Positions 9,844-18,900 of a stretch of DNA of 24,088 nt are shown in pieces. How positions within the stretch are numbered: position 1 is the first letter of the stretch; every line of letters starts with the position of its first letter. A program made the translations under genes and the position numbers. Source of the stretch: an uncultured virus (IMG/VR IMGVR_UViG_3300030099_002957) (Duplodnaviria > Heunggongvirae > Uroviricota > Caudoviricetes); the IMG/VR virus record IMGVR_UViG_3300030099_002957; one strand, written 5' to 3'. Below the pieces are notes generated by a model, which saw nothing but the letters and a program-made list of their open reading frames with translations, was not told the origin of the DNA and did not search any database.

Positions 9844-10290
9844 CTATAGTTGTTTTATAATATCTACTACTTCGTCTACTTGTTTTTTATTTCTAGGCAT
9901 AAACAAGACATAACGATGTTCTTCATCCTTAAGATGTTTCTTAAATAGTTTCCACCTCAATGGAAAAGACTCATTTGCGTATCCTTTTGTTTCTATGATA
10001 AATTTACCGCTAGGATCTACAAAATCAGGTGTATATGTAATAGGTCTAATTTTAGATCCTTTGTTATATAGCTTTTTAGCTGTACCCTCATAACAAGCTT
10101 GTGGGTATACAGTAGCAGGAAATATAGTAAATGTATGTTTCTCATAATCTACTGGTATTTTTGCTTCTTCTAGTTGTTTATAACAATACAATTCTAAATT
10201 AGACTGGAATTGTTTACCATCATATACTGACTTTTTAGCATTTTTTACTTTAGTCCTACCTGGTTTCTTAGCTTTTCTCTTCCACGCCAT
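9844..10290 (-). CDS. PD-(D/E)XK endonuclease (T7 endonuclease I / DUF1064-like, possible resolvase)
   Basis: FQSNLE, YTPDF and IIETKG motifs. Confidence 0.85.
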   Translation of the reverse strand: MAWKRKAKKPGRTKVKNAKKSVYDGKQFQSNLELYCYKQLEEAKIPVDYEKHTFTIFPATVYPQACYEGTAKKLYNKGSKIRPITYTPDFVDPSGKFIIETKGYANESFPLRWKLFKKHLKDEEHRYVLFMPRNKKQVDEVVDIIKQL

Positions 10291-11437
10291 AATTCATAAC
10301 ATTAGTTTGTAAATATCCTTCTAATCCTCTATTTTTATTCCATATATATGCCTGTCCACATCGCAGTGTACCTACATATCCTTGTGTTTTATGCCAAGTG
10401 TCATTAGCACATATACTAGGAATAAACCTAACCTTAGTACCCATGTATTCATTAAGCATTTCTTTATGTTTATGTCCACAATGCACTTCTCTAACCTTAC
10501 ATCGGCTCCACATCTCTGGTTGCTCAGTGGCAATCAACAGTGGAAGCTCTTGAGGTTTTTCTTTGTCACCGTGTGTAAACATAATCATGTTTATACCATA
10601 TTCATAATACTTACGTGACTCTAAACTATTGTCTACAGTCACATTTTTATTATTATGATATAAAGCATCTAATACTTCACCAACATAAAACATACGCTCA
10701 AAGTCATGGTTACCCTGTACTACTATTACGTCTACAGGGGCAAACTGTGATAGATAGTCAATTGCTTTTGTAACTAAATGCCAGTATCCTCTAAAAGACT
10801 GACGCCAACGCATGCTATCTTGTTGAGGTGTACCTTTAGTTGTAGCTCGGCTCATACCTTCTGAGTTAAGTCCGTCGTTACCTACAGGTAAAACAAACCT
10901 CTCAATATCTAAACCGTCTGCTTTTCTGTGTAGATCTTGTATTGCTTGTAAATAGTGTTTTTCTAAGGCTTCTGGGCCCTCATCTGTTATTTTTCCATAG
11001 TGTATATCTGGTAGTGATATTTCGTACGCTATAGGATCTTTTGATTTTTTATATTTAAGTTTTGGAACTTTGGTTGATCGTTTTTTTATGTATGCTAGTA
11101 ACTCCTCTTTTACCTGTGGTTGTTCATGCCACTGATTGTGTGTTACTATACTATACCTTTGTTCTCCATTAAAGTTCTGCCAAAACTTAACAGACTTTAC
11201 GTCTGCCATTGTTAATCCATTGTCTAATAAATGTTTTTGGAAAGCTTGACTTGTAGTAAGTTCATGACCATTATCATTATTCATTCTTTCTTGTATCCAC
11301 TCTTCTGATGTTACAAGTTTTTTACAATCTCTAATAATAGCTATATCTACCTCCCACTTATCTGCTAACCACTGTGCTCCTTTTTTTAAAAATCCTTTAC
11401 GTGTTCTAAATTTCTCAATAATTTCATCTCGTGTCAT
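10268..11437 (-). CDS. Calcineurin-like metallophosphoesterase with N-terminal extension
   Basis: DIHYG, GND, GNHD, THGD and GHKH metal-binding motifs. Confidence 0.88.
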   Translation of the reverse strand: MTRDEIIEKFRTRKGFLKKGAQWLADKWEVDIAIIRDCKKLVTSEEWIQERMNNDNGHELTTSQAFQKHLLDNGLTMADVKSVKFWQNFNGEQRYSIVTHNQWHEQPQVKEELLAYIKKRSTKVPKLKYKKSKDPIAYEISLPDIHYGKITDEGPEALEKHYLQAIQDLHRKADGLDIERFVLPVGNDGLNSEGMSRATTKGTPQQDSMRWRQSFRGYWHLVTKAIDYLSQFAPVDVIVVQGNHDFERMFYVGEVLDALYHNNKNVTVDNSLESRKYYEYGINMIMFTHGDKEKPQELPLLIATEQPEMWSRCKVREVHCGHKHKEMLNEYMGTKVRFIPSICANDTWHKTQGYVGTLRCGQAYIWNKNRGLEGYLQTNVMNYGVEEKS

Positions 11438-12425
11438 TTAATATAAGTTTAAGTTCATTAAAACTACATTCCTTAGACACCAAGTCAGATGGATCCTTAG
11501 ACTCAAATGTTTTTGGTATGCAGATGTTTTTTAAACCATATAAGTTACAAATTTTCTTTGCCATTCTCTGGCCCGGATTATCTGCTTTATTAAAATCATT
11601 ATCATATAAAATTTCTACTGTATTGAATCTTTGTTTTAGCTCACTTATTAATTTCTCATCAGGTATTTGCATCTCACTTTGCATAGCAATCGAATGATAG
11701 CCTGCAGAATGTAAACACATAACGTCTTTGAGGGAAGAAGTAATGATAAGTCTCTCACCTTTGTTCGGGAGTTGGTTATAACCTTGTATATCACTTTTAT
11801 TAGTATTACTTAACCACTTATTCTTTTCTTCATAAGGAGAATAGATTTTATATCGATTTTTGAATTTAAAAGCATAAGTAATTGATTTACAAGTAAATCT
11901 GTTACCATTAACCCAAAAATGACTTACTGGTTCAACCGCAAACTTAGTTAATATTTTTTTACTAACCAAATATTTAGACCAAAATTTAGCATCTACTGTT
12001 GTCCACGGTCGCCTTTTCTTTTGAATTATAACTTGTTTTTTTGTGTAGTCAATAGTTTTATTTTGTCTATAAGCCATATAACCCATAGTAAATTGCACTT
12101 CTGACTTTTTAGGACTAAGCCCAAGATTAAAGTCACAATCAATAATTCGCAGAGCATCAATAAAATCACAATTAAATCTATGTTTAACATAATTAAAACA
12201 ATCAAACGTATGATCAGGGTTACCAAAGTCTTTGTACAGTAATTTACCATTATACATGGTTATATATACTGTAGGAGAATTATCATCACGCAAACTACTG
12301 CGGAACTTCTTGCCTAACTTTTTAAACTCAGGTATATAATACACAAAAATGTCATACTCAGTAATTTTACTAAGTATGACATCAGTGTGTAAATGATCAT
12401 TACTGTCTCTGCTATTTATTGGCAT
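11424..12425 (-). CDS. dnaG: DNA primase (crAss-type, TOPRIM)
   Basis: Degenerate zinc-binding domain (FRSSLRDDNSPT...YKDFG...FDCF), KIYSP, TOPRIM ITSSLKD and LYDND, KDPSD. Confidence 0.82.
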   Translation of the reverse strand: MPINSRDSNDHLHTDVILSKITEYDIFVYYIPEFKKLGKKFRSSLRDDNSPTVYITMYNGKLLYKDFGNPDHTFDCFNYVKHRFNCDFIDALRIIDCDFNLGLSPKKSEVQFTMGYMAYRQNKTIDYTKKQVIIQKKRRPWTTVDAKFWSKYLVSKKILTKFAVEPVSHFWVNGNRFTCKSITYAFKFKNRYKIYSPYEEKNKWLSNTNKSDIQGYNQLPNKGERLIITSSLKDVMCLHSAGYHSIAMQSEMQIPDEKLISELKQRFNTVEILYDNDFNKADNPGQRMAKKICNLYGLKNICIPKTFESKDPSDLVSKECSFNELKLILNDTR

Positions 12426-13219
12426 TAGAACGGTAAATCCTCTGCTTCGCTGTTACTACCAACAGCTGCAGGTTGTGACGTCCAGTCTTCATCTTCACCG
12501 ATAGTATCAGGAGAGTCAGGCTTAACTAGTTCTGCAGAAGATACGTGTGGACCCCACTTAAGGTCTGCGTTAAAGTCTGCGTTAAACTGACCATAGTCAT
12601 CATTTAAAGCTTTGATAAATAAATCATCACGCTGTGGCTTTATTCTGCCAAAGTATTTAGTATACACTTGCTGATATTTATCATCTTTTACACCAATAAG
12701 AACTCTAACCTCATTATTAGTAAGACTTTTTAGAAGAGCTTTTATCTCTGTAACGTTACCAGCAGCTATAGCAGGCATAGTGTCAAAATATACATTGTCA
12801 CCAGACGCTACGTTAGCCCATGCTTTTACAAAATTTATAAGAGTCTCCTCACCTGTATAAGCTTTCCTTTCACCTTCTTTCTTCCACCAGTCATACGATG
12901 GTGCGTCTTCAGACCATGTAGACTGACCAACGTTATTCATCCACTGGTGTTTGCCAGTTTGTGATACTCTAGGTGTGTTCTGCATTAGAATCTCTAGTTT
13001 AAAGTTACCATCTGCGTTAGCTAGCCAGAATACAATTTTATTATATTCACCATTTGGCATAGTCACTGAATAGTTTGGTTCTGATTTTACATTTATGTCC
13101 ATCGCATGTAACTCAGCCATAGTAGGATTTACTGCTACAACTCTTACATTTGTTAGACCTGAGTAGGTTCTAATTCCACCTACAACTTCTTGATTACTTG
13201 CATTACTTTGTATTGCCAT
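12425..13219 (-). CDS. ssb: Single-stranded DNA-binding protein
   Basis: Beta-rich N-terminus, acidic tail ending EDLPF, located between the AAA_24 ATPase and primase. Confidence 0.7.
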   Translation of the reverse strand: MAIQSNASNQEVVGGIRTYSGLTNVRVVAVNPTMAELHAMDINVKSEPNYSVTMPNGEYNKIVFWLANADGNFKLEILMQNTPRVSQTGKHQWMNNVGQSTWSEDAPSYDWWKKEGERKAYTGEETLINFVKAWANVASGDNVYFDTMPAIAAGNVTEIKALLKSLTNNEVRVLIGVKDDKYQQVYTKYFGRIKPQRDDLFIKALNDDYGQFNADFNADLKWGPHVSSAELVKPDSPDTIGEDEDWTSQPAAVGSNSEAEDLPF

Positions 13220-13245
13220 GTTTTTAAAATTTTATTGGTTATTAA

Positions 13246-13785
13246 TTATAATTCGAACGTATCATCGTCCATTTCTATTTCATCTTCATCATCTGTAGAT
13301 ATTACTTCGCCTCCAGATTTTTCTACTGCTTGATGTAAATCATCTATTGTATTAGATGCAGCTTTCAATAAAGTTTCTTCTGGAGTTTCATATTCAGTAG
13401 GACTCATCATGTCAACAATAGCTTTCTCTGCTTCTTGCAGTTCTTGTTTAGCATCTTCTACTGTATCTATAACTTCGTCAATAGCTTGCTCTAGAGTTAC
13501 TTGATTAGGATCTACCTCTTGTAGTGCCTCCACTGCTTCTATCATACCAGTTTCTTTTGTAGATACATCATCAACAAAGTCAAAAGATAGTGCTTTCTTT
13601 CTACTAGGCCTTCTACCTTTTAAGAATGGATGCTTGAACATCTCATCTACCTCCCATGGTTTAATGTTGTACTTTACAGCCATTTCTGCTTTGCTGATAC
13701 CATTCTTTAGATCATTATCAATCATAGATACAGTAATTTTAGCAGGCGTTTTACCCGGCTCAGGTGTTTTTCTTACGTCAATCAT
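13246..13785 (-). CDS. Hypothetical protein: N-terminal HTH-like region and very acidic C-terminus
   Basis: GISKAEMAVKYNI HTH-like segment; ends DDEDEIEMDDDTFEL. Confidence 0.7.
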   Translation of the reverse strand: MIDVRKTPEPGKTPAKITVSMIDNDLKNGISKAEMAVKYNIKPWEVDEMFKHPFLKGRRPSRKKALSFDFVDDVSTKETGMIEAVEALQEVDPNQVTLEQAIDEVIDTVEDAKQELQEAEKAIVDMMSPTEYETPEETLLKAASNTIDDLHQAVEKSGGEVISTDDEDEIEMDDDTFEL

Positions 13786-13806
13786 TTTTTTACGTTTAAT
13801 TAATTA

Positions 13807-14505
13807 TTAGTCTATATATATATCTGACCAGTTCATAGGCATGGTCTTGCCCTTTAGATGTGCACAGCGTGAGCCAGCAGTTATATCATCAAGAGAGTTA
13901 AAGCTAACCATAGTCTGGTCATCTTCTCTGTAAATATAACCAACAGCATCAGCGTTAGCACAAGTGATTTGCTTGATTTTGCCAGTTAAGTCAAGATCCT
14001 TTACAGCAACCTCTTTACCTTTCTTCTCAAGCATTTTGTCTTTTAGGTGGCCAACTAAGATAACATGATCCGCCAACAGGTTTAGTCTATCTATCCACTT
14101 TTTGTAGGCCATCCGCAAATATAGATAACCAGCGCCATTTGGCAATGATAATATTGACATTCCTGGGTTTTTAGTCTCAAAGTTTTTACCCATAGGTGTT
14201 TTCATATAAATTTTCTTGCCTTCTGCTTCACACCACTCCTCAAGTTTAGATATAGTGTCGATAGCAACATATTTATATGGTTTTCCAGCTGTTATAATAG
14301 CTCTACCAACATCACCTAGTTCTTTTAAATTATTTGCTTTAATCTTTAAAGCATCAACCATGTCTGAACCATCTTCTAGGTCGATGATTAGACAGTTGTC
14401 AAGTTGTGATAATACTGTAGTCTTGCCAATCTTTGGCGGACCATAGATTATCATGTTTTTAGGCGATTTACGGCTAGCCTTTACCTTCTCTTTTGGTAAT
14501 TCCAT
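13807..14505 (-). CDS. AAA_24 / Sak4-like P-loop ATPase (ssDNA annealing/recombination)
   Basis: IYGPPKIGKTT, IIDLEDG, AIDTIS, LVGH and ADAVGY motifs. Confidence 0.85.
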   Translation of the reverse strand: MELPKEKVKASRKSPKNMIIYGPPKIGKTTVLSQLDNCLIIDLEDGSDMVDALKIKANNLKELGDVGRAIITAGKPYKYVAIDTISKLEEWCEAEGKKIYMKTPMGKNFETKNPGMSILSLPNGAGYLYLRMAYKKWIDRLNLLADHVILVGHLKDKMLEKKGKEVAVKDLDLTGKIKQITCANADAVGYIYREDDQTMVSFNSLDDITAGSRCAHLKGKTMPMNWSDIYID

Positions 14506-14506
14506 A

Positions 14507-14665
14507 TTAATTAGTTTTTAATTTACTTCTAACTGCGTCTCTTCTAGACATTAACTGTGTTGTTTTTTCTTCGTCATTCTTAAACCTCTTTAGTCTTTTG
14601 TCTATAGCGTTTATTTCATTTAGAAGCGCCAGCTTGGCTTTGTTTTTTGCGTTCCTTTTGCTCAT
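14507..14665 (-). CDS. Small basic protein (52 aa), absent from the ORF track
   Basis: Hand translation MSKRNAKNKAKLALLNEINAIDKRLKRFKNDEEKTTQLMSRRDAVRSKLKTN*. It fills the gap and stops 1 nt before the next ATG. Confidence 0.7.
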   Translation of the reverse strand: MSKRNAKNKAKLALLNEINAIDKRLKRFKNDEEKTTQLMSRRDAVRSKLKTN

Positions 14666-14798
14666 ATTCTTTTAAATTTTTTTCTAGATTATTCTTTTTA
14701 CTGTCTATATAATTTTCTAGCTGTGTAAGAGTATATGCTATACCTACAGCTATACCTAAAACAGCTAACATTATTGGTACTACTGGTATTTCTTCCAT
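14616..14798 (-). CDS. Small single-pass membrane protein
   Basis: Hydrophobic IPVVPIMLAVLGIAVGIAY followed by a charged coil. Confidence 0.6.
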   Translation of the reverse strand: MEEIPVVPIMLAVLGIAVGIAYTLTQLENYIDSKKNNLEKNLKEYEQKERKKQSQAGASK

Positions 14799-14801
14799 AA
14801 T

Positions 14802-15746
14802 TTATTTTCTTTCGTTAATAGTAAATGTTGACATCTCTGCCTCATAAGGTATCATACCTAGCAGGCCATCACGATTTTTCTCAACGTGACATGCTAGTAG
14901 CTTAAGAGGATCTTCACCACAATATAGATCTGTAATGCCATACAAATCATGTGGTCTTTGTAGCATCATAACAACATGTGCGTCCTGACCAATACTGTCA
15001 CCGCCAAACAAATCTGTCAGCAGTGGTTGATACTGTGCCTTTGCACGATGTTCTTGCTCAATGTTACGATTTAGCTGAGACAATAAAATATTTATAGTGC
15101 CCATTTTAGCTTGTAGCCACATACAACCTTTTGACACCTCATTTAGTTTCTGCAACTCATTGTCTTTATCACTAAGGATAAGTCTAGAGTGGTCAAATAC
15201 ATTTATGATTGTGTGATCCGGCCTTTTATTTGTTATCTCAACGTTAGCATTTTTAACAAACTCCATATCTCTAGGAATATTGTTAAAATAAATAGGGTAG
15301 TGTGCATACTTAAATACCTCTTTCTTAAACTTCTCGTATGCATCCATCTCTAGCTTTTGTTCTACAGATAGAAGCTCACTAACCTGTTTGTTTACACCTT
15401 TAGCACCAGCACGCATAATTTGCTGATGACCAGGCATCTCAAAACTCCAGTATAATACTAGTAGTTTCTTGTTTTTGTTATTATCTAGTAAATCAAATAT
15501 CAATTGGTTACTGAATGCAGATTTACCTACACCTGGACGGCCAGCTATAACATACATTTTACCAGGCTGTAAACCACCTAGTAAGTTTCTGTTTAACCTT
15601 GTCCATTTTGTAGGATAAACCTGTCTTCTACCATTAATACCATTCTCTACCTGATGTAACGAAGCACCAATAGCTGTCTTGATGCTCTTAAATCCGCTAT
15701 CTTTAAAGGGATCTTGTAATTCTTTGGGCAACTGTTCTTTTGTCAT
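14802..15746 (-). CDS. dnaB: DnaB-like replicative helicase (RecA-like domain only)
   Basis: AGRPGVGKS, SFEM, LSQLNR, SIGQDAH and KNRDG motifs. Confidence 0.92.
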   Translation of the reverse strand: MTKEQLPKELQDPFKDSGFKSIKTAIGASLHQVENGINGRRQVYPTKWTRLNRNLLGGLQPGKMYVIAGRPGVGKSAFSNQLIFDLLDNNKNKKLLVLYWSFEMPGHQQIMRAGAKGVNKQVSELLSVEQKLEMDAYEKFKKEVFKYAHYPIYFNNIPRDMEFVKNANVEITNKRPDHTIINVFDHSRLILSDKDNELQKLNEVSKGCMWLQAKMGTINILLSQLNRNIEQEHRAKAQYQPLLTDLFGGDSIGQDAHVVMMLQRPHDLYGITDLYCGEDPLKLLACHVEKNRDGLLGMIPYEAEMSTFTINERK

Positions 15747-16233
15747 TCTCGTTTATGTTTTCATACTTTTCCCAAGTATGGTTATTAATCCATGTTTCTA
15801 AATTCTGTAAGTACGCCAAGTTATCTTGTTGTACATTTAATTGTACCTTCAATAGCTTAATTATTCTATTGTGTACATGCAATTTATTGCCAACAACTTT
15901 CTTGTATCTGTTTTTGGCTTTTAAATTGGATTTAGCTTTAGGATCAACAGCATGCAGAACTCTGACACCGTTAGAACTATCAACTTTGCTAGGATATACA
16001 GATATTAACTCTTCAAACATAGCGTCAAAATTATTAGAAAACAAACTTCTAAATTTACTTGTTACCGCCTTGTCTTTTATATATCCTTGAGTCTCTAGTT
16101 TATTCCAATCGATGTTTAAGTTCAGCTCGTCTAGGTAAGTATAACCTTTTCTCAGTTCCAAATAAAGTCCAATGTATTCGTCAGCAGATAAATTTGTTGT
16201 TTTTAATAATTCTAAGTCTATTTCTATTGTCAT
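15703..16233 (-). CDS. Putative replication initiator / helicase loader
   Basis: FEELISVYPSKV...LQNLETWINNHTWEKY resembles the F..FW..YP.K...TWLN...W C-terminal motif of phage replisome organisers; overlaps dnaB. Confidence 0.55.
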   Translation of the reverse strand: MTIEIDLELLKTTNLSADEYIGLYLELRKGYTYLDELNLNIDWNKLETQGYIKDKAVTSKFRSLFSNNFDAMFEELISVYPSKVDSSNGVRVLHAVDPKAKSNLKAKNRYKKVVGNKLHVHNRIIKLLKVQLNVQQDNLAYLQNLETWINNHTWEKYENINENDKRTVAQRITRSL

Positions 16234-16245
16234 ATCTATATATTT

Positions 16246-17424
16246 TTAGGGTAGCCAATTTACGTTATTTAATGATTTTACAGCATTTTTTAACCACTTT
16301 TCTTCCTGCGAGTTTTCAACATAAAGTATATAAATTTCACCTACTTTACCCTCTTGGAATCTAATCAATCTACCTACACGCTGTATCATAGGCAGTGACT
16401 TGCTAGTAATACCACACATAACACCCATGTTAGCGTCAGGTATATCTAGACCCTGATTCAAAGCTTTAGTAGAACACAGTACATTTATCTTACCTGATCT
16501 AAAATCTTCTATAGCTTGCTCTCTCTTTTTCTTAGTTACTTTAGAGTGATAAGAAGCAGACAAAGGGCTAACAGATGCACACATCTGATCTGTAAAATCA
16601 TTTGCACCACTGAATGCGAGTATCTTGCTATCCATGTTATTAAGAACTAGTTTCTGAAACTGTGTAATTTTATTGCTAGCAAAATCTACAATCTTTTTAC
16701 GTTCCCTTATAGCTCTGTAAAACATGACTGCACATTTCTTGTCTGCAGGATGCGCATTCTTGTCCCCCATAATTCTTTTTGCCTCGTCAAATGCATTGAA
16801 CTGTCCAAGCTGGTATTTATAGTAAACAAATGAGTTGTTTATCTTTTTATATTCATCTTTCTCGGTCGATGTCAATTGCACAGGCATGCAATAAATGTTA
16901 TAGGGAGAAACTATGCCCTTAGCTACACACTGATCTAAAGTAATTTTATAGACAGTAGGTGAAAGTGTAGCTAAAAGCTGTTTATACTCTATTTCTTCTG
17001 GTAGTGTAGCAGTCATACACAATAGTCTATCATAAGTATTGTTCTCAAAAAACTTACGATACTCCGGCGACAAGCCTAGATGTATCTCATCACACAACAC
17101 AAGGCTGTAGTGATTACCTACAAGTTTATACGCACTTTGATAACAAAGAATATCAACGTTATCTAGGCAGTCTTCTAGTCCCCACTTCGTGAACTCTTCT
17201 GCAAACTGAGTTTGTAGTTGTACTGTAGGTACTAGGATTAAGATTTTACTATCGCTATCAATATTATAAACATGACTAACTGCAAGAACACCACATCTAG
17301 ATTTCCCAAAACCAGTACCAGCAATAATAGAACCGGTATACCCAGCTTGTGCCCAGCTGTTAAGCGCTTTCTTTTGTTCTTCATCTCTTGTTTTATTTAT
17401 ATTCATAGTTATACTGCTTCCCAT
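16246..17424 (-). CDS. Superfamily 2 DExH helicase (UvsW/XPB-like)
   Basis: GTGFGKS, LVPT, DEIH, TAT, GLDIP and QRVGR motifs. Confidence 0.92.
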   Translation of the reverse strand: MGSSITMNINKTRDEEQKKALNSWAQAGYTGSIIAGTGFGKSRCGVLAVSHVYNIDSDSKILILVPTVQLQTQFAEEFTKWGLEDCLDNVDILCYQSAYKLVGNHYSLVLCDEIHLGLSPEYRKFFENNTYDRLLCMTATLPEEIEYKQLLATLSPTVYKITLDQCVAKGIVSPYNIYCMPVQLTSTEKDEYKKINNSFVYYKYQLGQFNAFDEAKRIMGDKNAHPADKKCAVMFYRAIRERKKIVDFASNKITQFQKLVLNNMDSKILAFSGANDFTDQMCASVSPLSASYHSKVTKKKREQAIEDFRSGKINVLCSTKALNQGLDIPDANMGVMCGITSKSLPMIQRVGRLIRFQEGKVGEIYILYVENSQEEKWLKNAVKSLNNVNWLP

Positions 17425-17669
17425 AATGTCACTGTTCTGTTTGTTTGTGTATCTTTGTGTGTACCATTTGCTTTTACCATACCCTTGTTAACTAGCTCTG
17501 TCACTCTACCTGTAACTCTGTTTATCTCCCAACCTAAAGCTTTAGCTATATTCCTATTTGTAGGTTTAGATATAGCTTTAATCACTCCATACACCGTCAT
17601 CTGTTTCTTCCCAATAGTTGGCTTCAGTGTTTTTAAAGAAGCTACCTGTGTTTTTCGTATTTTTTTCAT
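17409..17669 (-). CDS. Winged-helix DNA-binding protein
   Basis: TNRNIAKALGWEINRVTGRVTELVNKGMV plus wing. Confidence 0.8.
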   Translation of the reverse strand: MKKIRKTQVASLKTLKPTIGKKQMTVYGVIKAISKPTNRNIAKALGWEINRVTGRVTELVNKGMVKANGTHKDTQTNRTVTLWEAV

Positions 17670-17880
17670 AATCCTCTGTTTTTATAAATTTTTCTTTTAT
17701 CTCATTACATCTACTATCAAAATTGTAACTGTAATGACTAATTAATACTTTAGTAGGCTCAATCTCACCACTGTATTTAAAATAATCATTAAAATCAATG
17801 TGATTGTCTTCCCACCTTTGTCTCCATTCTTGCTCTTGTTTGCACTCTGCAATAAAAGCTTTTACGAGTGTTTTATCCAT
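17578..17880 (-). CDS. Hypothetical protein (100 aa)
   Basis: Co-directional ORF overlapping both neighbours. Confidence 0.6.
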   Translation of the reverse strand: MDKTLVKAFIAECKQEQEWRQRWEDNHIDFNDYFKYSGEIEPTKVLISHYSYNFDSRCNEIKEKFIKTEDYEKNTKNTGSFFKNTEANYWEETDDGVWSD

Positions 17881-18074
17881 ATTTTATTTTTATCTATAAT
17901 TTGTTCTAACTCATGTATCCTGTCTAAATGCTCTGTAGTTTTCTTGTATGTAAATAAAAATGTACATGCAGCACCAAAAACAATACCAATACCTGCTGTA
18001 AGACCTATCTCTGTTAATGCTAATATACTATCTATACTCATAGCTCTACTCTCATTTGTTGTGGAACTCCCCAT
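17862..18074 (-). CDS. Small membrane protein
   Basis: Hydrophobic IGLTAGIGIVFGAACTFLF. The true start may be the internal Met (MSIDS) that overlaps the ung stop. Confidence 0.6.
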   Translation of the reverse strand: MGSSTTNESRAMSIDSILALTEIGLTAGIGIVFGAACTFLFTYKKTTEHLDRIHELEQIIDKNKIWIKHS

Positions 18075-18721
18075 TGTATAGGTTGTTCTAACTTAGTATT
18101 GATTTTCTTAAAATGTCCACATGTAAAGAAACCAGCTCTACCACCAGAGTATGACTCTGCAGCAGGATGAGGCGCCTTAAGTATAGTATGTCCAGATGGA
18201 TACATAATATGCCTCTCATACTCCTGTGCCTTCTTACCCCATAACACCCAAATAAGATCTGACTTTTCTACAGACAGTCTAGTTATAATATCTCTTGTAA
18301 ATGGCATCCACATATTTACATGTGACCCAGCTCTACCTTTCTGAACAGTCAAGGCAGTATTTAACAACAACACACCTTGTTTAGCCCAGCTTTCTAGACT
18401 TTTATCTACATTTACAGGTCCAAAATCATTCCTTACTGCCTGTATTATATTATTTAAACTAGGACTAGCTCTACCACCATCATTTGCAAACGCTAATCCT
18501 GTTGCACTACCATCATGATATGGATCTTGTCCTAGTATAACAACTCTTACAGACTCTAGAGGACACATTTGAAAAGCTCTAAATGTTTTACCTCTTTCTG
18601 GATACACCTTACTCGTAGTCACATTATTTCTGTGCTGCTTAATTAGCTCTTGGAAGTAATCCATTTTAAATATAGGCTCTAGTATCTTATACCACTCTCC
18701 TACTTGTTCTTGTACATTCAT
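18038..18721 (-). CDS. ung: Uracil-DNA glycosylase, family 1
   Basis: GQDPYH, GLAF, PSL, GVLLLN, LWG and HPAAES (HPSPLS equivalent). Confidence 0.95.
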   Translation of the reverse strand: MNVQEQVGEWYKILEPIFKMDYFQELIKQHRNNVTTSKVYPERGKTFRAFQMCPLESVRVVILGQDPYHDGSATGLAFANDGGRASPSLNNIIQAVRNDFGPVNVDKSLESWAKQGVLLLNTALTVQKGRAGSHVNMWMPFTRDIITRLSVEKSDLIWVLWGKKAQEYERHIMYPSGHTILKAPHPAAESYSGGRAGFFTCGHFKKINTKLEQPIQWGVPQQMRVEL

Positions 18722-18891
18722 AAATTATATTTTTTAATTATACTATCTCTTTTCTTTACTAAATCAGACTTCTTAGGTCTTGGTAATTTAAATATTTCAT
18801 GGTCAGTCTTTGGCTGTATCCCATCTTTACCCATATACTTTATTGTCCTATTTAGATTTTTAACAACTTCTATTGCTTTCTTTCTTGTCAT
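18718..18891 (-). CDS. Small basic protein (57 aa), absent from the ORF track
   Basis: Hand translation MTRKKAIEVVKNLNRTIKYMGKDGIQPKTDHEIFKLPRPKKSDLVKKRDSIIKKYNL*; ATGA overlap with the ung start. Confidence 0.72.
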   Translation of the reverse strand: MTRKKAIEVVKNLNRTIKYMGKDGIQPKTDHEIFKLPRPKKSDLVKKRDSIIKKYNL

Positions 18892-18900
18892 AATAATTAT

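Noticed and set aside
16240..16300. Internal promoter upstream of the initiator-like gene (TAAATTGG on - strand)
   Set aside because: Mismatch to TAnnTTTG and no convincing -33 box.
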